Below, piece after piece: positions 1 to 7,825 of a stretch of DNA of 64,000 bases. The stretch's first letter is position 1. Each line of letters starts with the position of its first letter. The translations under genes and the position numbers were made by a program. A model generated the notes under the pieces. That model was not told where the DNA came from and ran no database searches. It worked only from the letters and a program-made list of their open reading frames with translations. The stretch covers positions 4,943-68,942 of the forward strand of contig SVJO01000002.1 in assembly GCA_015068935.1 (NCBI GenBank). The letters are read 5' to 3'. Source of the DNA: Oscillospiraceae bacterium (GTDB lineage: Bacteria; Bacillota; Clostridia; UBA1381; UBA9506).

Positions 1-833
1 GCAATCTCCGTTGCAACCATATATGTATATAGCTCGAGAATGTTTCCTGCCTTTATTATGCATCTTAAAACCTGTCTGTTCTTTACTTCAAAGCTAAGAT
101 ATCCATCTTTTAGTCTGTAGTTTAAGATGAGTTTTTCTCTTTTCAATTCGTCGATAATATCTTCATTTAACAGCTCCTTTTTTTGTCTGTCGTCAAGAGA
201 AAAAATGCATGTTTTAAACTGAAGGTCAATACCATCTTCTGTTTCCATGCCTATATTTGCAACTGCCTTGGAAAACTTATTCCAAGCACCTGTGTCTCTG
301 CCATTTATCCTCCACATCACTTCAATGTCACGTCTGAAATCCTTTGTTAAATTCCACTTTAGTCCGTCTGCCTTTTTTGTGGCAATCGCTCCGCCGTTTA
401 ATATAACGTTTTCCGAAACAGTCATTGAAGATTTCTGTTCTTTATCCATATAATCAAAGTTCCTGATACAGACCATCTTCCCTGTTCTTACATTAAATTG
501 CACAATCGGAACATTTCTCCGCGCAGATATTTCCCCCATAGCAGCAATAGCAAGCTCTTTACCGCCTGTTAGATCAAAACAACAGTTTTTGTTATTATCT
601 AAAATTGTGTTAAAAAGTTTAATAATATCATTATAATTATATCTGTCTGTAAACTGAAATTCTAATTCTATTTTAAGACCGCGCATATCAAAAAACCTTT
701 TCAGGTCGTTTATTTTTTTCTCTTTCATTACCTCTCTAAAGCCTACAAAAATTACTTTTTGCGGTAAAAAGTGAAGAGTTGCTATCACGTTTTTTATCTG
801 GCACTCATCAAAAAGTTCAATTATCGTTCTGAT
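1..833 (-). CDS. Card1/Can2-like CARF-domain effector (DUF1887-type), N-terminal ~275 codons only; gene continues past the left window edge
   Basis: Not in the ORF track (runs off the window, no in-frame ATG at the 5' end). My minus-strand translation from ~833 reads VFIRTIIELFDECQIKNVIATLHFLPQKVIFVGF...NCCFDLTGGKELAIAAMGEISARRNVPIVQFNVRTG...RCIIKAGNILELYTYMVATEI. The Rossmann-like N-terminus plus the LTGGK loop fit CARF domains. K-x-G-x-x-LE-x-Y-x-Y resembles the GGWFEEYVY entry into the PD-(D/E)xK nuclease of Card1. An AGGGGG RBS lies at 841-846 and TATAAT boxes at 886-898. The start codon is unresolved. Confidence 0.6.
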   Translation of the reverse strand, partial: MRTIIELFDECQIKNVIATLHFLPQKVIFVGFREVMKEKKINDLKRFFDMRGLKIELEFQFTDRYNYNDIIKLFNTILDNNKNCCFDLTGGKELAIAAMGEISARRNVPIVQFNVRTGKMVCIRNFDYMDKEQKSSMTVSENVILNGGAIATKKADGLKWNLTKDFRRDIEVMWRINGRDTGAWNKFSKAVANIGMETEDGIDLQFKTCIFSLDDRQKKELLNEDIIDELKREKLILNYRLKDGYLSFEVKNRQVLRCIIKAGNILELYTYMVATEI

Positions 834-1216
834 AAAAACACCCCCTAAAACCTTTCTTATGTATAAATAAAATCTCTTTCTATTTATTATACATTATATC
901 AATGCGAGGCATAAGGTTTAGATGCAAACCTTTTTATTGAGAGTTCACGTCAAGTTAGGAGCAAAAAACGTTATTCTCATTCTTTTTAAAATATCGAATA
1001 TAGGTGGTATTTCATATTCACTTGCACCAATAGGAATGGTTATGAATTATAGAAATTTTCTATTAAATATATCAATACCAATATTAGGCTATAAGAACCA
1101 TATTATAATTATTCAATTTATATTATAGCATACTTTGTTTCGTATTTCAATTGAAATGAAAAAAATCATCACTTTATACATTCTATAACTCTTGGCATTC
1201 TAACAAATAAACAACA

Positions 1217-1260
1217 GGGATGTTAGGCAGTATTTGACAAACCATACCACCCAACATCCC
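1217..1260 (-). terminator. Imperfect long hairpin downstream of the 144-aa gene (terminator-like)
   Basis: GGGATGTT (1217-1224) pairs with AACATCCC (1253-1260), with inner GG/CC and GTAT/ATAC pairs. On the minus strand it sits 24 nt after the stop at 1284 and is followed by a T-rich tract. The apical loop carries an ATTTGACAA motif. Confidence 0.4.
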
Positions 1261-1283
1261 GAATGGAGATGTTGACTATTTAA

Positions 1284-1718
1284 TTATATTTCAATTATAT
1301 TCAACCAAAACTTTCTTTTTTCACTGCCTTTTAATCCATACTTATTGCAGTATTCAATAAACTTTTCTGACATAGAATAATCTTTCTCACAATTACATCT
1401 CAAAACCTTTGTTATTGCTTTATTAGACATTCTGCCATCAAAAGTATAATATGCAGCATCCCTGTGTTTTTCTTCACCCGGAAGTGCTTCTGCATTGTAA
1501 TATGCATCATAATATCCTGTCGCGCTATTATCTTTATATCCAATATATTTTGATGGATAAAATTTATAACTATTGTTCTCTTTTATGACAACAAAGCATT
1601 TACCCCATGCAATACAATTTATTGCGAACTCTTTCTCATCAGAATTGCCGCACTCTATGTAAGAATCAAATCTTTTTGCATTTTCTATAATCTCTTTTAC
1701 ATTTTTCACAAGTTCCAT
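1284..1718 (-). CDS. Hypothetical soluble Cys/Tyr-rich protein, 144 aa, no family recognised
   Basis: ORF with a GGAG RBS (overlapping the TAG of the upstream gene) 8 nt before the ATG. It is the third gene of a tightly packed operon. No TM segment and no motif I can assign. Confidence 0.65.
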   Translation of the reverse strand: MELVKNVKEIIENAKRFDSYIECGNSDEKEFAINCIAWGKCFVVIKENNSYKFYPSKYIGYKDNSATGYYDAYYNAEALPGEEKHRDAAYYTFDGRMSNKAITKVLRCNCEKDYSMSEKFIEYCNKYGLKGSEKRKFWLNIIEI

Positions 1719-1730
1719 TTTCTTTTTCTC

Positions 1731-1913
1731 CTAAAGTAAAATAATAATAAATCCTATAATTATCGCAGGTGTCAACAGGCATGGTATCAAGCAGCCCAAA
1801 CATCCTGTTGCGGCAAGACCAACATTCTTTTCAGGAATTGTTGAATATTTACCAAAGCGATTTCTTTTTATATAATACCCACCAGGTTTATGTTTGTATT
1901 TATGATATCTCAT
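1731..1913 (-). CDS. Small tail-anchored membrane peptide, 60 aa (basic N-terminus, Cys-rich C-terminal TM helix)
   Basis: MRYHKYKHKPGGYYIKRNRFGKYS... followed by GLAATGCLGCLIPCLLTPAIIIGFIIILL. The ATGA start/stop overlap with the upstream XRE gene (1910-1913) implies translational coupling. A GGAGAA RBS lies upstream. Confidence 0.6.
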   Translation of the reverse strand: MRYHKYKHKPGGYYIKRNRFGKYSTIPEKNVGLAATGCLGCLIPCLLTPAIIIGFIIILL

Positions 1914-2476
1914 TTGTTTTCTCCATTCTCTTTTTCACCGTACTCAATCCACAATTTTTCTATAATAGTTGCACATATTTCCTTTTGACGTTTTGGTTCC
2001 AACTCTTTTAATTCAGCAACTAATTTATCAATATAAATATTACTTGGTTTAAACGGATTCTTTTTGATTAAAAATCCAACGCTTACTCCAAGTGACCAAG
2101 CAATTTTCGAAAGAATTTCTAAAGAAACATTTCTCTCTCCATTTTCAATCTGCGCTATATATTGTCTGGAAATACCTGCATCTTCTGCAATATTTTCACA
2201 GCTAAGATCCTTCTTTTTTCTTAGATAAGTAATATTCTTTGCTATATTATCCTTTATATTTTCATATGTATCACTTTTATAGTCTGAATAATCAATTTCA
2301 ATATCACGAACTTCTCTACTCCCATCAGAATATGTGCTAAAAAACTGATTTCTTTCTACAAAATATACTTCATCATCTTCTGTATATTCGTACAAATTAC
2401 GTTCAAGTGCTCCTGCTGGTTTTTTTCTACTTTTACTTCCAACTGATTTTTTAACTATAATTCTCTTGTCGCCCAT
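1910..2476 (-). CDS. XRE-family helix-turn-helix transcriptional regulator with N- and C-terminal extensions
   Basis: Central HTH_3-type segment: LRKKKDLSCENIAEDAGISRQYIAQIENGERNVSLEILSKIAWSLGVSVGFL. The track ORF starts at 2506, but ATG 2476 has a GAGGG RBS 7 nt upstream, so I prefer 2476. Confidence 0.85.
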   Translation of the reverse strand: MGDKRIIVKKSVGSKSRKKPAGALERNLYEYTEDDEVYFVERNQFFSTYSDGSREVRDIEIDYSDYKSDTYENIKDNIAKNITYLRKKKDLSCENIAEDAGISRQYIAQIENGERNVSLEILSKIAWSLGVSVGFLIKKNPFKPSNIYIDKLVAELKELEPKRQKEICATIIEKLWIEYGEKENGENK

Positions 2477-2523
2477 GTGATTTCCCTCACTTTGTAATTT
2501 TATCAATCATGACTGTAATACAC

Positions 2524-2552
2524 AGTATATCAGGCTTTTTTTTATTTGTCAA
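2524..2552 (-). promoter_or_regulatory. SigmaA-type promoter of the XRE operon
   Basis: Minus strand reads TTGACA (2552-2547), 17 nt, TATACT (2529-2524), about 45 nt upstream of ATG 2476. Confidence 0.55.
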
Positions 2553-2731
2553 ATCAAAATTGACAACTGTCAGTTTACATCACTTTTGCAAACTATTAGT
2601 TGTCAAATAAATAGGGATGCGTTTTCAAAAAACACACCCCTATTTGAATAAAATTATTATTTGTTTTTCCTCTCCAACAATTCTGCTTGCTGATGCAATT
2701 TCTGTTGTTATCTCTATATAAAATTCTCATT

Positions 2732-2748
2732 TTCGACATTATTCGACA
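2732..2748 (-). promoter_or_regulatory. Two tandem perfect Spo0A boxes (TGTCGAA on minus strand), 10 bp apart
   Basis: The plus strand reads TTCGACA at 2732-2738 and at 2742-2748. This is the reverse complement of the 0A-box consensus TGTCGAA, spaced one helical turn apart. Confidence 0.45.
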
Positions 2749-2803
2749 TCTTTATATTCTTTACTTCAAGTTAAATCATAAGATTGTATCTATCCACGAA
2801 AAA

Positions 2804-2834
2804 GCGGCAAAAAAGCTATTGCTTTTTTTGCCGC
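2804..2834 (-). terminator. Intrinsic terminator of prsA
   Basis: GCGGCAAAAAAGC tatt GCTTTTTTTGCCGC hairpin 33 nt after the prsA stop. A T-run follows on the minus strand. Confidence 0.75.
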
Positions 2835-2866
2835 TCCTCTTAAATTATAAAGGGAATTTAAGTTCC

Positions 2867-3922
2867 TTATTTAATCTTTATCCCGTTAACTGCTCCCTGC
2901 TCTATCAAAATAGTGTAGTTTGCTTTTAAAGAATCAATGTATTCGTTAAATATATCTGTTGACATTTCATTTGTTACAGCAGTAATATACTGGTTATATT
3001 CTTCGCCTGATGAAAGAAGCGGATATCTCTTTAAGATATGCCAGCCCTGAGACTGTTCTACAATCTCACTGATTTGTCCGATTTCAAGAGCAAATGCAGC
3101 ATCTTCAAAAGGTTTAACCATACCGCTGTTTTTTGTAAATGTGTATCCGTCAGGCTGTTGCTCCATTCCTGGGTCTTCGTTATACTCATTAATTAATTCT
3201 TCAAAATTATTTCCTGATGTTACCTTCTCATAAGCCTCTGCAATTAAAAGCTTCTGCGATGCTTCCAGCTCCTCAGGTGTCTTTGCAGGCTCTGCCGTTT
3301 CTACTGCATCTGTTGTCTCTGCATCAATGTCTGTTTTTGAAACAAAGATATGTTTTACTCTTACATATTCGCTTTCATACTTTGCAATAACATCTTCCTT
3401 TGCAGGTGTAAACTTTTCTGCCTGCTCAGAAGATAAATATCCTGCATAAAGACTTGCTGTTTCTTCTTTTATGATAAGATTAATAAGCTCTTCCTCATTA
3501 AGACCTGTCTTATTTTTCAATTCATTAATCTGGTCTCCGCCCTGCTTAAACATTTCCTTATAACTGCTTATGCGCGAAGAATCCAGGGAAACATTTGCTT
3601 CCTCTGCTAAAATATTTGCAATCTCGACACGGATTACTTCATCCATCGCTTTATTCTTAGCGACATCTGTAGCCTTTTCTCCGTTTATATCACCAGCCCA
3701 AAAACTTTTAATCTCTTCATCGCTTGAAAGGCCTGCTTCTGTCAGCATCTGCGTTTTTATATTTTCAAGATAGTACTTAAACTCGCCCTCAGAGATAATT
3801 CTTCCATCCACACTTGCAATCTCTTTAACTACTTTCAGACCGCTACAGCCTGATATAGCAAAAATCATCAAACAAGCTAAAAACAAAACTGTAAGTTTTC
3901 TTGTTAGTTTCACCACAAACAC
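2867..3922 (-). CDS. prsA: Peptidylprolyl isomerase / foldase lipoprotein PrsA-like (SurA-N + PpiC parvulin domain)
   Basis: Lipobox LMIFAISGC. Parvulin segment VKHIFV...FEDAAFAL..GQISEIVEQSQGWHILKR. Confidence 0.8.
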   Translation of the reverse strand: MFVVKLTRKLTVLFLACLMIFAISGCSGLKVVKEIASVDGRIISEGEFKYYLENIKTQMLTEAGLSSDEEIKSFWAGDINGEKATDVAKNKAMDEVIRVEIANILAEEANVSLDSSRISSYKEMFKQGGDQINELKNKTGLNEEELINLIIKEETASLYAGYLSSEQAEKFTPAKEDVIAKYESEYVRVKHIFVSKTDIDAETTDAVETAEPAKTPEELEASQKLLIAEAYEKVTSGNNFEELINEYNEDPGMEQQPDGYTFTKNSGMVKPFEDAAFALEIGQISEIVEQSQGWHILKRYPLLSSGEEYNQYITAVTNEMSTDIFNEYIDSLKANYTILIEQGAVNGIKIK

Positions 3923-3956
3923 TCCTTATATTTCGTTATATATGTTTAATTATACA

Positions 3957-6900
3957 CTACTTTTCTTTATGATGCAATAGTTTAAACGATTGTAATAAAC
4001 TTTTAACACAAGAAAGCAAGGCTTTTTTCTCATCAGAATTTGCATTTAATGTAAAGTATGGCAAGTTACCTGCTGAGAGCAATATTCTGCCTTTATATTT
4101 TGCAATCAGGTGCGAAACAACTTCAAAATCTACTTCACCCGAAAAGTAAAAGAATATTCTGTCGTTTTTCTGCGACACCTCTTTTAGCCCCACCTCGCTG
4201 CAAAGCACTTTAATTAGCGCAATATCAAGAAGAGAAATTACGCTCTTTGGCATATCGCCAAAACGGTCTGTAATCTCATCGCTAATGTCAAGGAAATCTT
4301 CTTCAGAAGAAACCTGTGCAATTTTTTTATAAATCTCAAGACGTGCCGTATGATTTTTAATGTACGTAGGGGGAATATGTGCCTCCACCGGCAAATCAAC
4401 AGTAATCGGTTCCTCCTCTTTTACAGGCTCGCCCGAAAGTTCACCTATGCTTTCTGCTAAAATCTGGCAGTACATATCATAACCTACACTATCCATATGA
4501 CCATGCTGTTTTGCGCCTAAGATATTTCCTGCCCCCCTGATTTCCAGGTCGCGCATTGCAATTTTAAAACCTGAGCCAAATTCTGTGAACTCCTTAATTG
4601 CACTTAATCGTTTTACTGCCTCTTCCTTTAGTGCCTTGTCTTTCTTATATAGTAAATATGCAAAAGCTCTCCTGTTTGTTCGTCCCACTCTGCCCCTGAG
4701 CTGATACAACTGTGAAAGTCCCAGTCTATCAGCGTCGTCTATTATTATAGTATTTACATTCGGAATATCAAGTCCTGTCTCTATAATTGTTGTGCAAACC
4801 AAAACATCAATATTCCCTTCAAGCATATCCATCATAATCTCTTCAAGCTCACCTTCGTCCATTTGACCGTGAGCATACTGCACCTTGGCATCATCAAGGG
4901 CGCCTGATAAGTGTCTTACAATACTGGGAAGACTGTTTACTCTGTTATGAAGATAATACACCTGCCCTCCGCGCGAGAGTTCTTTTTTGATTGCATCTAT
5001 CACAACACCCTCGTTATACTCGGTCACAACAGTCGAAACGGGATACCTGTCCTCAGGAGGAGCTGAAAGTGTACTCATATCTTTTATGTTTATCATTGAC
5101 ATATGGAGAGTTCTCGGAATTGGTGTTGCAGAAAGCGTAAGGACGTCCACATTATTTTTCATTCCCTTTATCCGTTCTTTATGCTTTACTCCAAATCGTT
5201 GTTCCTCATCAACAACCAAAAGACCAAGGTCATGGAACTCAACATCATTCCCAAGTAGTCGATGTGTCCCTATAATTATGTCAATTTCTCCGTTTTTGAG
5301 CTGTTTTAAAATCTTTTTCTGCTCTGAAGGTGTTTTAAACCTTGAAAGAAGTCCAATTTTTATGGGATAGTCCTTCATTCTGCTTATAAATGTATTATAA
5401 TGTTGCATTGTAAGCACTGTCGTAGGCGCAAGAAATGCTACCTGCTTTGAATCCATTACTGCCTTAAATGCTGCACGAAGTGCCACTTCTGTTTTTCCGT
5501 ATCCAACATCACCGCATAGGAGTCTATCCATGGGGCGCTCGCTCTCCATATCTCTTTTCACTTCTTCAATACTTGTAAGCTGGTCATCTGTTTCATCATA
5601 TGGAAAACGTGCTTCGAACTCCGTCTGCCAATTTGTATCAGGAGAAAATGCAAACCCTTTTTGGTATTGCCTTGCAGAATACAGTTTTATCAATTCTTCA
5701 GCAAGTTCTTTTGTAGATTCTTTTACTCTGCTCTTCTGCCTTGCAAAATCTGCCCCTCCCATTTTATTTAAACGGAGAGTACCGTCTTTTCCTATATATT
5801 TTTGAATAAGCTCTAGGTTATCGCATGAAACATAGAGTACATCGCTTCCTGAATATTCAATTTTTAAAAAATCCTTATTAAATCCTTCTATCGTCAGCGT
5901 ATCAAGGCCTGCATATCTTCCTATTCCATGAACCTTGTGAACAACATAATCTCCCGGCTTTAAATCCGTAAAGCTGTTTATACGGCTGGCGGAATCTGTT
6001 CTTTTAAATCTTTTTTGTTTTTTTACGCTTCTGCCAAAAAGCTCCTCATCACTTATAACACAAAGCTTAAGTTCAGGATAGTAAAAACCCTTTCTTAAAA
6101 CTCCTTCAGTAATATAAACAATACCAGTTTTATCTGCATCCTTATCCCTTGATAAGATGGAAACCGACCCAACTCTCTCTTTAAGGCTTTCGGCAAGTCT
6201 CTGCGCCTTTGCAGTATTTCCTGCAGGTAAAATAACTGTATATTCCTTTTTAAGCCACGATTCTAAATCTTCAAAGAAAAAATCATTCAGCCCCGTATAT
6301 GTGCTGTGCGCTCCTGCAGTAAATGACGCCGTCACCAAAGGCTTATAATCCTTTGGTGATTGTAAAAGCGCCGAAAGTGCAATAAATTTCCTTTTTGTCA
6401 GAACTGAGCAAATAGCACTGTAATCATAGATATAGCTTTCCTTCGGCTCAGTAATAACCTCTCTTTCCAGAAGTGTCTTTACTGTCTCATTGATATCCCA
6501 GCAAAATCCTTCTGCACGCTCAGCAATTTGCATCGGCTCACTGAAAAATATCAGCGCATCTTTATCAAAATATGAAACTACAGATGCAGGCTTTTTCTCT
6601 GTTGATGTCTCACAAGCCGACGTTATTGTTACCTTTTCTGCATTTTCAATAGATGTTTGTGTTATAGCATCAAACAGACGTATAGAATCAATATAATCGC
6701 CAAAAAACTCCAGTCTGCATGGGTTCTCTGCATCAGGTGAAAAAACATCGACAATTCCCCCGCGTACACTGAATTGGCCTTTTCCCTCAACCGTATCTTC
6801 CCGACTATACCCAAGCTTTGAAAGTTTTTCAGTAAGGTCCTGAATTTTTATTTTATCTCCTACAGAAAAATTCATAGAGCTGTCTAAAAAGGAGTCAAAA

Positions 6901-7292
6901 TCTATGGTAAACTGCAAAAGGGCATCAACGCTCATTACCAGCATTGTTTTATCGGTGCTGTAAATAACTCTTTTTAAGGCAGACAGTCTCTCGTTTACCA
7001 ATTCATTACTTTTGGCAAAGGTTTCATAGTATTCAATTTCTTTAGATGGATAGAATATTACATTTTTTTCATAAAAGAACTCAAGGTCTGAGCACATTTT
7101 TTTTGCATCATATTCACTGGGGGCTATAACAACTCCGTTTGAATCAGTATTTTTGCATAACGAAGCAGCAAGGTGTGCTGAAACAGGTCCCGAAACCCCC
7201 GAAACCTGCAACGGAAAATTCCCTTGCTTTATACATTCTTCTATAAAACTATACTCATCAGATTTTTTCAGAATATTTGAGAAAAAGTCCAT
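3957..7292 (-). CDS. mfd: Transcription-repair coupling factor Mfd
   Basis: 1111 aa. CarD/TRCF RNAP-interaction segment GDYVVHKVHGIGRY, SF2 helicase motifs GDVGYGKTEVA and VVDEEQRFGV, and a C-terminal TRCF domain. Confidence 0.95.
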   Translation of the reverse strand: MDFFSNILKKSDEYSFIEECIKQGNFPLQVSGVSGPVSAHLAASLCKNTDSNGVVIAPSEYDAKKMCSDLEFFYEKNVIFYPSKEIEYYETFAKSNELVNERLSALKRVIYSTDKTMLVMSVDALLQFTIDFDSFLDSSMNFSVGDKIKIQDLTEKLSKLGYSREDTVEGKGQFSVRGGIVDVFSPDAENPCRLEFFGDYIDSIRLFDAITQTSIENAEKVTITSACETSTEKKPASVVSYFDKDALIFFSEPMQIAERAEGFCWDINETVKTLLEREVITEPKESYIYDYSAICSVLTKRKFIALSALLQSPKDYKPLVTASFTAGAHSTYTGLNDFFFEDLESWLKKEYTVILPAGNTAKAQRLAESLKERVGSVSILSRDKDADKTGIVYITEGVLRKGFYYPELKLCVISDEELFGRSVKKQKRFKRTDSASRINSFTDLKPGDYVVHKVHGIGRYAGLDTLTIEGFNKDFLKIEYSGSDVLYVSCDNLELIQKYIGKDGTLRLNKMGGADFARQKSRVKESTKELAEELIKLYSARQYQKGFAFSPDTNWQTEFEARFPYDETDDQLTSIEEVKRDMESERPMDRLLCGDVGYGKTEVALRAAFKAVMDSKQVAFLAPTTVLTMQHYNTFISRMKDYPIKIGLLSRFKTPSEQKKILKQLKNGEIDIIIGTHRLLGNDVEFHDLGLLVVDEEQRFGVKHKERIKGMKNNVDVLTLSATPIPRTLHMSMINIKDMSTLSAPPEDRYPVSTVVTEYNEGVVIDAIKKELSRGGQVYYLHNRVNSLPSIVRHLSGALDDAKVQYAHGQMDEGELEEIMMDMLEGNIDVLVCTTIIETGLDIPNVNTIIIDDADRLGLSQLYQLRGRVGRTNRRAFAYLLYKKDKALKEEAVKRLSAIKEFTEFGSGFKIAMRDLEIRGAGNILGAKQHGHMDSVGYDMYCQILAESIGELSGEPVKEEEPITVDLPVEAHIPPTYIKNHTARLEIYKKIAQVSSEEDFLDISDEITDRFGDMPKSVISLLDIALIKVLCSEVGLKEVSQKNDRIFFYFSGEVDFEVVSHLIAKYKGRILLSAGNLPYFTLNANSDEKKALLSCVKSLLQSFKLLHHKEK

Positions 7293-7396
7293 AACATTTT
7301 TTCCCCTTTTAAATATGACAAAAGCCCTATATATAAATCACCGAATGATAGATATTCTTTCTGCAAATTCTTTTTTTATTAAATTTTATCATAATT

Positions 7397-7795
7397 TTAA
7401 TCAACACAAATATATTCTTTTATTGATGCATAGGTTTTTTCACCTATTCCTTCAATCTTCATAATGTCACTGACATTTTTAAAGAGGTTATCTTCGCGAT
7501 AGCTGATAATTCTTTCAGCCGTTTTTTCGCCTATAGAAGGTATATCCATCAATTCTGCTTTAGAAGCGGTATTAATGTTTACTATATATGCTTTTTTATT
7601 TACTACAATGTTTTCAACAGATGTTTGGTCCAAAGCTTCTTTTCTCTCATTTCCTTCATCATCATAATAGAGCTCCCCGCCCGACATTTTCACAACCACT
7701 TCAGGTTCTGTTAAAAAATCACAGAAAAGATAGCCCATCAAAAAAGAAGTGCAAATTAAAATTATAATTGTAAAAGATTTAAGTGTGTTTTCCAT
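7397..7795 (-). CDS. comEA: ComEA-family helix-hairpin-helix DNA-binding protein
   Basis: N-terminal TM, then VNINTASKAELMDIPSIGEKTAERIISYRE...IMKIEGIGEKTYASIKEYI (tandem HhH). Confidence 0.8.
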   Translation of the reverse strand: MENTLKSFTIIILICTSFLMGYLFCDFLTEPEVVVKMSGGELYYDDEGNERKEALDQTSVENIVVNKKAYIVNINTASKAELMDIPSIGEKTAERIISYREDNLFKNVSDIMKIEGIGEKTYASIKEYICVD

Positions 7796-7825
7796 CTTAT
7801 ACCAACAGCCCCCCGCCTGTTTGCA

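Noticed and set aside
922-1128. 68-aa plus-strand ORF in the spacer between the CARF gene and the operon
   Set aside because: It has no RBS. Its hydrophobic low-complexity composition is what random AT-rich sequence gives, and it lies opposite to all neighbouring genes.
2687-2929. 80-aa plus-strand ORF
   Set aside because: It runs through the prsA terminator and into the 3' end of prsA on the opposite strand, with no RBS. It is a shadow ORF.
4987-6696. Several 60-130-aa plus-strand ORFs inside mfd
   Set aside because: They are antisense shadows of a 1111-aa gene with unambiguous Mfd motifs.
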